Below, piece by piece: positions 55,304 through 63,640 of a stretch of DNA of 64,000 nucleotides. The notes below the pieces were generated by a model. That model was not told the DNA's origin. It searched no databases and saw only the letters and a list, made by a program, of their open reading frames with translations. Origin of the DNA: an uncultured Acutalibacter sp. (GTDB lineage: Bacteria; Bacillota; Clostridia; Oscillospirales; Acutalibacteraceae); the NCBI GenBank assembly GCA_963559705.1, contig CAUWLU010000006.1:1095-65094 (forward strand). The letters are read 5' to 3'. Each line of letters begins with the position of its first letter. Position 1 is the first letter of the stretch. The translations under genes and the position numbers were made by a program.

Positions 55304-57181
55304 TCACTTTCTTGTAGAGCATAGGAATTCCAGAGTATCCCAGTCGATCAGCGCCTCGGAGCTGCCCCATTTTGTGGTGGAAAAACCAGCCGCAATCGTG
55401 GCGCGCCGAATGCTTTCGCAGATATTCAACCCTTTGGTCAAAAAGACGATCAAAGCTGCGGCAAATGCATCTGCCGCGCCCGTGGTATCCACCACGTCAA
55501 CTTTTTCCGCGGGAAAGAATTGACTCTGTACTCCATTGCTCCAATAGCAGCCATTTCCTCCCAGAGTGATGATTACTTGCCCTACACCCTTCTCTAAAAA
55601 ATAGGCTGCCCTTTCCTCGAAAGTCCCCCGTTGGGGGCAAAGCCGGACGCTTTCCTTCTCATTTGGCATAAAGATGTCTGTTTTTTGTAAAATGTCATCG
55701 TCCAGCTCATCCACGGCTGCCGGCTTCAATAAGATCTTCACCCCCTTTTTATGAGCCAGCAGTACCGCTGTTTTGATCACTTCTATATTCAGTTCTGTTG
55801 GAAGCAGGCAATATGCCGCTCCATCAAATGCCGCCGCGTTTTCCTCCACCTCTTGAGAAGTGAGGAGCGCATTGGCGCCCTCATAAACCATAATACCGCT
55901 TTCGCCGTCCTCTTGCACGCACACATACGCGTGGCCCGTACTGTCCCGCGAGGTGCGGCGGACATAGCCCGGATCAATGCCATTGGATTGAAGATAATCG
56001 AATATCTCGCTTCCCTCATAGTCTTTTCCGACTTTGCCAATCAGAGAAACCATGCCTTCCAGCTTGGCGATCCCTACGGCTTGGTTCAGCCCCTTGCCGC
56101 CCGGGTTGACAAATCGCGAGCTGGTCAAGGCAGAGCGTCCCACCTGGGGAAAATCTTTTAAATAAAGCGTAGTATCCATGTTGATGGAGCCTACCACAAC
56201 GATTTTTCCTCTTTTCATGCTGAATGGAACATCTACGCTTTCCCCAGGGCAAATCACGCCCGATAGGGACACGTCCTCTTCTTCCACTGCTTCGGACTGT
56301 TCGATCTGCCGAATCAGCCGCTGATATGCCATCTGCGCCAGCTCTGCAAGGGGCAGGGAAACTGCTGTGAGCTTGGGCACAAAGCCCGCAGGCTCTCCCA
56401 CAGCCAAGCTGACCACCGAAAAATCACGAGGAATCCGCCGGTTTTTCCGCGCACAATCCTGATACACTTTTTCCGCCAGCTCTGTGTCAAAGCACACAGC
56501 TCCGGTATTTTCAAACAGGCGCTTGCCCTCCATTCCTTCCTGATCGAATGGGCAAACCTGGCTCTCTGCAAAAGATAAATTCTTAGCCTGCAGGCACTTT
56601 CGGAACCCTTCCACAAAGCGCTGTTCATTGAGACTTTGGCCATGCACCACACACAATACTTGACGGTGGTTTTGCTCGATCAGCTCCATGGTTGCCTGAT
56701 AGCCCAGCTTCTCATAGTCAATCCCCAGCTGCCATGGTGTTTCCGGCTGGTCAAAATCAACCACACAGTGAGGCACTGGCCGGGGCAGCTCCGGATTTCC
56801 TTCACTCCCCGGAAAAACGCCGCAGGACAAAAGGCCTTCTATGGGATATTCCAGCAAAACCTGTATGCTCTCCCATGCTTCTTCCGCTGTTTCCGCATAG
56901 CGCGCCATCACGGAATACCCTTCTTGGGACGCTGTTTTGAGAATACTTTTCAAAACAGCATCCGCACAGAAATGCCTCTGCAGCACCACCCCCAGCAAAA
57001 AGGAGCGGGTGGAAAAGCCAATGCCTGCCGGAGCGCGGCTGGGTTGATAATGGGTTTTCTTAATAACGGATAATACTTTCTGACGAGTCTCCGCGCTAAT
57101 AGCCTGATCTTTCTTATTTAGAATTTTCGAAACTGTCGTAGCAGAAACACCTGCCAGCTTGGCAATATCCCGAATATTCAT
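55304..57181 (-). CDS. fusion: LacI-family transcriptional regulator (HTH + sugar-binding domain) joined to a PfkB/ribokinase-like kinase domain
   Basis: aa 1-55: MNIRDIAKLAGVSATTVSKILNKK (LacI HTH). aa ~60-310: periplasmic-binding-fold sensor. aa ~325-625: KIVVVGSINMDT, PGGKGLNQA, PNEKES and VDTTGAADAF. One uninterrupted 625-aa frame. Confidence 0.85.
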   Translation of the reverse strand: MNIRDIAKLAGVSATTVSKILNKKDQAISAETRQKVLSVIKKTHYQPSRAPAGIGFSTRSFLLGVVLQRHFCADAVLKSILKTASQEGYSVMARYAETAEEAWESIQVLLEYPIEGLLSCGVFPGSEGNPELPRPVPHCVVDFDQPETPWQLGIDYEKLGYQATMELIEQNHRQVLCVVHGQSLNEQRFVEGFRKCLQAKNLSFAESQVCPFDQEGMEGKRLFENTGAVCFDTELAEKVYQDCARKNRRIPRDFSVVSLAVGEPAGFVPKLTAVSLPLAELAQMAYQRLIRQIEQSEAVEEEDVSLSGVICPGESVDVPFSMKRGKIVVVGSINMDTTLYLKDFPQVGRSALTSSRFVNPGGKGLNQAVGIAKLEGMVSLIGKVGKDYEGSEIFDYLQSNGIDPGYVRRTSRDSTGHAYVCVQEDGESGIMVYEGANALLTSQEVEENAAAFDGAAYCLLPTELNIEVIKTAVLLAHKKGVKILLKPAAVDELDDDILQKTDIFMPNEKESVRLCPQRGTFEERAAYFLEKGVGQVIITLGGNGCYWSNGVQSQFFPAEKVDVVDTTGAADAFAAALIVFLTKGLNICESIRRATIAAGFSTTKWGSSEALIDWDTLEFLCSTRK

Positions 57182-57195
57182 AGGTGACTCCCTCC

Positions 57196-57230
57196 GTAGA
57201 GAAACAAGTTTCCTAAACTTGTTTCTCTAC
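57196..57230. promoter_or_regulatory. 35-bp perfect palindrome (16-bp arms, 3-nt centre): candidate operator or 5-prime-UTR hairpin of the LacI::PfkB gene
   Basis: GTAGAGAAACAAGTTT-cct-AAACTTGTTTCTCTAC. It lies between the predicted -10 (57235-57240) and the GGAGGGAG RBS. Confidence 0.7.
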
Positions 57231-57234
57231 CCGT

Positions 57235-57263
57235 AGGATAACATACTCCCTTTCCCCTGTCAA
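57235..57263 (-). promoter_or_regulatory. sigma-A type promoter for the LacI::PfkB / ABC / ARH / rbsK locus
   Basis: Minus strand has TTGACA (57263..57258), a 17-nt spacer and TATCCT (57240..57235). Confidence 0.5.
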
Positions 57264-57405
57264 GCGCTTTTCACAGAAAAGAGAGATTCAAAGCACCCAT
57301 TTATCCTGTTTCGTCAACACAAGAGCCGTCCGTATCCAACCTTTTTTTCCCGGCGATCCGCTATAGTGTCTGGCGGCCAGGCCCCGCTCCTATCCCCTAT
57401 CACGA

Positions 57406-57460
57406 GCAGAAAAACAGCGGCGTCCCGCTCCCCCAAAAAGGAAACGGAAACGCCGCTGTT
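57406..57460 (-). terminator. rho-independent terminator after the GH27 gene
   Basis: Minus strand has an 11-bp stem AACAGCGGCGT / ACGCCGCTGTT followed by TTTTCTG. Confidence 0.6.
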
Positions 57461-57498
57461 TGCGTGCAAATCTTTATTTCAGGCAGCTTGACGGCAGC

Positions 57499-58833
57499 TT
57501 ACTTCTCTGCCGCAGTCAGACGGTACACCGCAGCGCCATGCTTAGGCAGCGTCGCGGACAGCTTGCCCATGATCTCACCCAGATCCTGCTTGGTCCACAG
57601 CTCGCGCGCAGCATAGGCGCCGGAAAGCTCCAGCTCCTCAAAGCAGGCAGTCACCTCGCGCTCTTCCTCAGACAGGTTGAACAGCGCCACATACACGCTG
57701 CCGTCCTCAGAATCCACACTTTTCCAAGCGCAGGCGCGCTCTGTGCGGTAGACCTGATGAGCGCCTGTGCCAAAGCGGTGCATCCGCAGGATCTCCGCAT
57801 TGGTCATCAGGGACAGCGTGAATTCGTCGTTGTCACGCATCTCGCCGCCCATAATCAGCGGGCTGCGGAAGATGCACCACAAGCTCATCATGGTGATCTG
57901 CTCTTCTTTGGTGAACTGGGTCCAATCGCTGCCCCGCTCATACTGCAGCTGGCCTTTCCAGTCTTTCAAATGCAGCCGGATTCTTCCAATCGGGAGCATA
58001 TCACAGTCGGGCCAGCAGCCCGGGGACACCTGGCGCTCCCACACCTCGCAGCGCCAGAACATCTCCTGCAGCAGATCCCAGCGATCCCAGAAATCATCGG
58101 TGATCCGCCACATATTGGCGTTCTCACGCAAATGCCAGGCCTTGTCGATCACAGCAGGGCCGGGAGAAAGGCTCAGCACCATATCGCGCCCACACTTGTC
58201 AATGGCCTTGCGGATCATTTCGATCTCTTTCTCCGCAGAATAGGGTGCGTTGGGATATGCGTTGGTATTGCAGATGTCATCCACCTTCACAAAATCCACA
58301 CCCCAAGAGGCGTACAGCTCAAAAATGGAATCGTAATAAGCCTGAGCGCCTTCCTTTTCCGCGTCGATACCATACATATCGGTATTCCAGCGGCACACAG
58401 AAGCACTGGCAGCGATTTGATCGCAGGTAACGTCCGTCCCCTTCACAGGCAGGTGCTTATGCACTGCCAGACGGGGCACGCCGCGCATGATATGGATGCC
58501 GAATTTCAATCCCAAGCTGTGGATCTTCTCAGCAATGGGGCCAAATCCCTTGCCATCCGCCGCAGAGGGGAACCGCTCCGGAGCAGGGAGCTGCCGGCCA
58601 TACTCATCCAGCGTCAGCCAGGCAAAGGGCACATAATAGGGGCTCACCTTTCCCGCCGTGGGCTCGGACCACTGAATATCACATACCACATACTCCCAGC
58701 CGTACTCCTTCAAATGGTCGGCCATATACTGGGCGTTGCCCAAAAGCTGCTCCTCATTTACAGAAGGTCCATAGCAGTCCCAGCTGTTCCAGCCCATGGG
58801 CGGGGTAAGAGCTGCATAATCCTTTTTCTTCAT
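57499..58833 (-). CDS. glycoside hydrolase family 27-like enzyme (alpha-galactosidase-like)
   Basis: TPPMGWNSWDCYG N-terminal signature and the FVKVDD nucleophile region. No signal peptide. The start is taken at ATG 58833, with a GGAGGA RBS inside the track's 6-codon extension to 58851. Confidence 0.8.
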   Translation of the reverse strand: MKKKDYAALTPPMGWNSWDCYGPSVNEEQLLGNAQYMADHLKEYGWEYVVCDIQWSEPTAGKVSPYYVPFAWLTLDEYGRQLPAPERFPSAADGKGFGPIAEKIHSLGLKFGIHIMRGVPRLAVHKHLPVKGTDVTCDQIAASASVCRWNTDMYGIDAEKEGAQAYYDSIFELYASWGVDFVKVDDICNTNAYPNAPYSAEKEIEMIRKAIDKCGRDMVLSLSPGPAVIDKAWHLRENANMWRITDDFWDRWDLLQEMFWRCEVWERQVSPGCWPDCDMLPIGRIRLHLKDWKGQLQYERGSDWTQFTKEEQITMMSLWCIFRSPLIMGGEMRDNDEFTLSLMTNAEILRMHRFGTGAHQVYRTERACAWKSVDSEDGSVYVALFNLSEEEREVTACFEELELSGAYAARELWTKQDLGEIMGKLSATLPKHGAAVYRLTAAEK

Positions 58834-58941
58834 CTTAAACAAATCCTCCATTTTTTAATTGATAAACGCCAGATACACGCATACCGTTCATCCTGCAAAG
58901 CGAGGGCGCCCATACAGAGCCGCCGCCCGCACCGAGAGCGA

Positions 58942-59829
58942 TCACTCCTTGACAGCGCCCAGGGTGATGCCGTTGACAAAGTACTTCTGCAGGAAGGGAT
59001 AGACAATCAAGAGCGGAATCATGGCAATAAAGACCTTAGCGCACTCCAAGGCTTTGTTGGATTGCTCTGCCAGACGCTGGTATTCCTCAGCGGTCATGGT
59101 GACGCCCGCAGGGATCTGCACCACGATCTGCTTGATATAGGTCTGCAGGGGGTACATCTCTGCACGCTGCATCAAAACCAAACCCTGGAAGAATTCATTC
59201 CAATAGCCCACAGAGGTAAACAGCACCACCGTGGCAATAACCGGCACCGAGCAGGGCACCACGATCTGCCACAGGATGCGCCAAGGACCAGCGCCGTCTA
59301 TGGCTGCGGCCTCCTCCAGGTCGTTGGGCAGGTTCCGGAAGAAGTTCATCAGCAGAATGACGTTGAACACCGGAACGCTTCCCGCCAAAACCAGAGCAGC
59401 CATGGTGTTCAAAAGGCCGTAGCTTTTCACCGTGATAAACCACGGGATGGTGCCTCCGTTAAACAGCATGCAGAAAATCAGAATCCACATGAAGATGTTG
59501 CGGGGCTTATACTGCCGTGTGTTTTTGGACAACGGGTAGGCCAGCATGATGATGACCACCATAGTGAATGCGGTACCGAAAACCACCCGCTGTACGGAAA
59601 TCCAGAAGGAATTCCAGAACGCACTGTCACCCATCACCAGGCCGTAAGCCTTGAAGTTGAAGCCGATGGGCCACATGGTGACCAAGCCGGAGGCCACCGC
59701 AGTCTTCTCCGAAACAGAAACGCAGAAGGTGTACCACAGAGGATACAAGCAGCTGATCGCCAAAATCGCCAGGATGATCACATTGACCACGTCAAACAGG
59801 CGGGAACCAAACGTTTTGTTTTTTACCAT
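58942..59829 (-). CDS. carbohydrate ABC transporter permease
   Basis: 295 aa with the EAA loop LPNDLEEAAAIDGAGPWRILWQIVVP. Confidence 0.88.
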   Translation of the reverse strand: MVKNKTFGSRLFDVVNVIILAILAISCLYPLWYTFCVSVSEKTAVASGLVTMWPIGFNFKAYGLVMGDSAFWNSFWISVQRVVFGTAFTMVVIIMLAYPLSKNTRQYKPRNIFMWILIFCMLFNGGTIPWFITVKSYGLLNTMAALVLAGSVPVFNVILLMNFFRNLPNDLEEAAAIDGAGPWRILWQIVVPCSVPVIATVVLFTSVGYWNEFFQGLVLMQRAEMYPLQTYIKQIVVQIPAGVTMTAEEYQRLAEQSNKALECAKVFIAMIPLLIVYPFLQKYFVNGITLGAVKE

Positions 59830-59847
59830 TTACATTCACCCCCACTC

Positions 59848-60771
59848 TTAGAAAATCGTGTAATCTGCGAATTTGTAAGCCAGCAAATACGAGAGAGTGA
59901 TCAGAGTAAAGCTGACCACGGACTTGAACAGGCCCACAGCGGTTGCCAGTGAGAATTGCATATTGGTAATGCCGATGCGATAGACATACGTATCGATGAT
60001 ATCGCCGGTGGTATAGGTTACGGCAGTGTACATATTGAACACCTGGTCAAAGCCAGCGTTCAGCACATTGCCCATTGCCAAGGTTGCCAAAAGCACCACG
60101 GTGGGAATCAATGCAGGAAGAGTGATGCGGGTGACCTGCTGCCAGCGGCTGGCGCCGTCAATGGCCGCCGCCTCATACAGGCTGGGACTGATGCCGGTAA
60201 GAGCCGCCAAATAAATGACCGCATTGTAGCCGAATTCCTTCCACACATCCGTGCCGATCATAAATCCCTGGAAAAGGCTGGGCTCTTGCAGCCACATGGT
60301 GGGCTCCACGCCAAACAAGCCCAAGATCTTATTGAAAATGCCGAAATACCCAAAAATATTCATGCAGATATTCGCCAGGATAACCCAGGAAATGAAGTGG
60401 GGCAGATAGACAATGGTCTGAACCACCTTTTTATACTTCATGTTTCTGCACTCATTGAGCAGCAGGGCAAACACCAACGGCACCACGATGTTCAGCACCA
60501 GCTTGCCAATTGCGATCACCAAGGTGTTTCGAATAATTTCAGGAACATTTCCCAGACGGGTCAGATAGACGAAGTTGTCCATGCCCACCCAATCCGAACC
60601 AAAGATCCCCTTGCCGGGATTGAAGTTCTGGAAGGCCATGATAATTCCCACCATGGGGACGATACTGAACAAAAACAACCATACAAACCCGGGAACCATC
60701 ATCACTGTGTAGTGAAAGCTGTTGGGCAGCGAACGTCTCTTTTTTGCGACACCCTGTCCCTTGTCCGACAT
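59848..60771 (-). CDS. carbohydrate ABC transporter permease (LplB-like)
   Basis: 307 aa with the EAA loop LYEAAAIDGASRWQQVTRITLPAL. Confidence 0.88.
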   Translation of the reverse strand: MSDKGQGVAKKRRSLPNSFHYTVMMVPGFVWLFLFSIVPMVGIIMAFQNFNPGKGIFGSDWVGMDNFVYLTRLGNVPEIIRNTLVIAIGKLVLNIVVPLVFALLLNECRNMKYKKVVQTIVYLPHFISWVILANICMNIFGYFGIFNKILGLFGVEPTMWLQEPSLFQGFMIGTDVWKEFGYNAVIYLAALTGISPSLYEAAAIDGASRWQQVTRITLPALIPTVVLLATLAMGNVLNAGFDQVFNMYTAVTYTTGDIIDTYVYRIGITNMQFSLATAVGLFKSVVSFTLITLSYLLAYKFADYTIF

Positions 60772-60831
60772 AGTTTCTTCCTCCTTCTAGTTATTTTTTA
60801 GATCACGCTCACATCCGCTATGCTTTTATTG

Positions 60832-60880
60832 CAAAAAGCAAGGGCGGAGTTCTCCTGGCTGCGGAAAATCGCCCTTGCTT
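60832..60880 (-). terminator. intra-operon hairpin / attenuator after the binding-protein gene
   Basis: 11-bp stem AAGCAAGGGCG / CGCCCTTGCTT with a 23-nt loop, followed on the minus strand by TTTTGCAA. Confidence 0.45.
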
Positions 60881-60903
60881 CGAAACATGCTTCAGCGTCT
60901 AAA

Positions 60904-62727
60904 TCAGCCTTCGCTCAAAAACTCCTCGATGCCTGCCAGGATCTCCTGACCGCCCATGGAATTCCAGCTCTCCACGTAAGTGTCGAAAGCGGAGATATCG
61001 GACTTGCCGGTCATGATGGAAAGTGCCATCTGGTCTTCCAAGTCCTGCAGCTGAGTCCAATACTGATCGAACACGTCGATGGTGTAATAAATCTCAGACT
61101 GGACCTTCTTGTCAGGCTCCTCGGTAGCATAGGGCCGGTCACCAATGAGCAGAGCCGTCAGACGGTTGAACTGCCCGTTGTTGGTCAGCACGTCCATATC
61201 CGTAACATGGAGCTGCTCGTTAGGATCGTAATCCTTGGAGATGACCTCCTCCAGAGAAAGCAGGTCGGAATACAGGTTCTTGTACAGGCTGCCGGGGACG
61301 TTGTAGTCCTCGATCTCGGCCTCGCCCTTGAGCACCTTATAGATCGCTTCATATTCATATTCGCACTCGTCCATGGCTGCCATGGTGTTGCGCACAGGCC
61401 ACCAGCCGATCGCAACGGAGGTATCCATGATGGACTCGTCGCGCACCAGAGCGTTGCAGGTGATGACCACTGCCTGCTGGACTTCCTCAGAGGCATCGGC
61501 AGAAACTACCGTGTAGGAGGAGCCAACGTCCTTGATCTTCACGTTCCAGTTGCCCTGATCGTCGTACACAGGATATGCCTGCCAGTCGGCGGTCTGGTCG
61601 TTCATGTAGGAATCGCCGTTGCCGTAGCCCAGGTACCACCAGGGGCCAAAGGCGATGCCGCAGGTACCCTCTTTGATAGCGGCAGACTCGTCGCCGTTGG
61701 TGGACATGCCCAGCTCGGGGTTGATCAGGCCCTTGGAATACCAGTCGGCCAGCAGCTCGAGAGTGGCGCGAGTCTCTTCGGTGTTGGTGCCGTAGATCAG
61801 CTCGCCGCTGTCGTTGCGGTAGAAGAAGCCGGGGTATGCATCGTTTGCAGCATAGATGGCGTCATAGCCCAGGCTCTTATTGCCGGACTCCAGGAAGTTT
61901 GCATAGCTGCGCTGGCCCTGGCCCACTCCGGCAATGGCATACTTGGGGCTCAAGCCGGCCTCCATGAAGGCCTTGGCCACTTCCTCGATATCAGATACGG
62001 TCTTGGGGACCTCCAGCTTCAGCTGGTCCAGCCAATCCTGACGGATGAACATCACATAGATACCGTCGGTCTCCACAGAGACGTTGGGCAGTGCGGAGAA
62101 AACGCCGCCGTAAGTAGCGTTATCGTAAGCCCTTCCCTCGGTGGACTCCATGATCTGCTTCACCTGCTTGGAGGCATAGCCGTCAAAAACACTGTGCAGA
62201 TCGGCCAGCAATCCAGCCTGAGAAGCCTTAACCATGTAGTTCCGGTTGGGCAGCACCATGGTGTCGGGCAGGTCGCTGGAAGCGATGGCCAAAGAGGTGC
62301 GCTGCTGGAAATCGGCAGCGGAGCCAGCGGTCCACTCGGGCTTAAAGACAATGTTGAAGGTGTCCTTCAGATACCGGGTGTACTGGTTGTTCTCCACGTC
62401 GTCACCCTCGGGAAGGGTGGTGTCGGCAGGGTCGATCTGCTGTGCAAACGTGACGGTGACAGGCTCGTCAAACTTCTTAAAAGCCCGGTCATCGGTCTCT
62501 CCGGCGGGGGCGTCGTCCTCCACCTCTTCCGAAGTAGTCCAGGTGATTTCTCCGTCAGTGGCCTCCTCGCCGCCCTCTGAGGTGCTGCTCTCGCCAGCAT
62601 TGCTGCTGGACTCGGCGCCGCTGTTTGTGGCAGAACTGTTCCCGCTGCTGGCAGTATCGCCGCCGCAAGCTGCCAAACTAGCCGCCATCATCACAGACAG
62701 GATCATGGCAATGATTCTCTTTCGCAT
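60904..62727 (-). CDS. large extracellular solute-binding lipoprotein (LplA-like) of an ABC sugar importer
   Basis: Lipobox signal MRKRIIAMILSVMMAASLAACGG, then a Ser/Gly/Glu-rich linker and a ~550-aa SBP body. An AAAGGAG RBS precedes ATG 62727. The track ORF extends another 345 nt upstream through AT-rich non-coding sequence. Confidence 0.85.
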   Translation of the reverse strand: MRKRIIAMILSVMMAASLAACGGDTASSGNSSATNSGAESSSNAGESSTSEGGEEATDGEITWTTSEEVEDDAPAGETDDRAFKKFDEPVTVTFAQQIDPADTTLPEGDDVENNQYTRYLKDTFNIVFKPEWTAGSAADFQQRTSLAIASSDLPDTMVLPNRNYMVKASQAGLLADLHSVFDGYASKQVKQIMESTEGRAYDNATYGGVFSALPNVSVETDGIYVMFIRQDWLDQLKLEVPKTVSDIEEVAKAFMEAGLSPKYAIAGVGQGQRSYANFLESGNKSLGYDAIYAANDAYPGFFYRNDSGELIYGTNTEETRATLELLADWYSKGLINPELGMSTNGDESAAIKEGTCGIAFGPWWYLGYGNGDSYMNDQTADWQAYPVYDDQGNWNVKIKDVGSSYTVVSADASEEVQQAVVITCNALVRDESIMDTSVAIGWWPVRNTMAAMDECEYEYEAIYKVLKGEAEIEDYNVPGSLYKNLYSDLLSLEEVISKDYDPNEQLHVTDMDVLTNNGQFNRLTALLIGDRPYATEEPDKKVQSEIYYTIDVFDQYWTQLQDLEDQMALSIMTGKSDISAFDTYVESWNSMGGQEILAGIEEFLSEG

Positions 62728-62769
62728 CTTCGCAAACTCCTTTGCTGAAATTTTTTCACAGATCCCGAT

Positions 62770-62794
62770 TATTCCTTTGCTTTGCAAAGGAATA
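62770..62794. promoter_or_regulatory. 11-bp-arm perfect inverted repeat in the 5-prime UTR of the binding-protein gene
   Basis: TATTCCTTTGC-ttt-GCAAAGGAATA, 43 nt upstream of the ATG. Confidence 0.5.
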
Positions 62795-62857
62795 GCCCAA
62801 AGAGCACCCTTTGAGCTGCGATTCTGTTTATTGTAATAATAGCATATTGTGTCCAAA

Positions 62858-62875
62858 TTGTAAACAAGTTTTCCA
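62858..62875. promoter_or_regulatory. candidate operator half-site sharing the AAACAAGTTT core with the 57196-57230 palindrome
   Basis: TTGTAAACAAGTTTTCCA. The 10-mer AAACAAGTTT at 62862-62871 is identical to 57202-57211. It overlaps a possible TACAAT -10 on the minus strand. Confidence 0.45.
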
Positions 62876-63123
62876 TCATTTCGTTCAACTATCTTGACTT
62901 TTCTATCACAATTTTCAGAAAAGCCGCCAGCTTCCCGGTCTGTCAACGCCTCATCATGCCCGCTATACCATGCAATTTCAACAATTTGGAATTTTGCCGC
63001 GCAGGATTTCTTTTTTTGATAAAATCGCGTTAGAAAACTCCTTTCAAAGCGTTCATATCTTCCGGACGGCAAGGGGAATCGTGCGCTGAAAACGCCGGTT
63101 TCCCGCTAACTCCAAAGCGCAGA

Positions 63124-63148
63124 AAACCGGCCGCATTGGGCCGGTTTC
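63124..63148 (-). terminator. hairpin terminator-like element
   Basis: AAACCGGCC-gcattg-GGCCGGTTT; on the minus strand it is followed by TTTTCTGCGCTTT. Confidence 0.4.
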
Positions 63149-63208
63149 TTGTTCGCCGATTTCTCAGCTTCCATTTATTTTCAGATCCCGCAAGAGCGAG
63201 AGGTCAGG

Positions 63209-63640
63209 AATAGCGCTTGGGCATATAGGCGTCGTTCTGCCGATGGGCTTCCTCGATCACAGCGATCTGCTTGCGCACCTGGTCCAGTTGGATTTCAAAG
63301 GCAGTCCCCTCTGTGAGATGGTGATACAAACTGCGGTAAAAGGCCAGGCCTTTACAATTGAAATCATCCGTTTCTTCACTTTTCTCATGCCATGGTATCC
63401 AGCATATCCATAGTTACTTCAAACTTCAGGGGCTCCCCTGCCTGATAGCGGCGCAGCTCCTCCATCTAGGCTTCCGTCAAGGGGAACATATTCCAGGCAC
63501 GCAGGACCCTACCCCAAGCTAGAGTCTGACCATGCCTGCCGCAGTCTTCTCCCCGTTTTGATTTTCCTTTCTCGCTGCTGTCCCGACCGTCGAGCTTTTC
63601 TGGATGGCCTGTTCTCCCTTTCAGCCGCCGCTTTCCCTAA
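63209..63640 (-). pseudogene. decayed gene remnant of unknown family (in-frame TAG plus at least one frameshift)
   Basis: The minus strand gives a coherent peptide only by joining frames. The first piece is ...TLAWGRVLRAWNMFPLTEA, then a TAG, then MEELRRYQAGEPLKFEVTMDMLDTMA. After a frameshift it continues HEKSEETDDFNCKGLAFYRSLYHHLTEGTAFEIQLDQVRKQIAVIEEAHRQNDAYMPKRYS and stops. I cannot name the family. Confidence 0.35.

Noticed and set aside
63040-63056. cre-like (CcpA) site TGAACGCTTTGAAA on the minus strand upstream of the second ABC locus.
   Set aside because: It is only a partial match to the cre consensus, and it lies ~320 nt upstream of the start codon, beyond the likely promoter. The evidence is not strong enough to report.
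62728-63072. 115-codon upstream extension of the large solute-binding protein ORF.
   Set aside because: The lipoprotein signal peptide with its lipobox and an AAAGGAG RBS begin at 62727. The extension runs through AT-rich promoter/operator sequence and has an implausible composition.
63466-63468. In-frame TAG in the decayed ORF as a possible pyrrolysine or read-through codon.
   Set aside because: No pyl genes or PYLIS-like context are visible. The same relic also carries a frameshift and lacks a start codon, so simple decay explains it.
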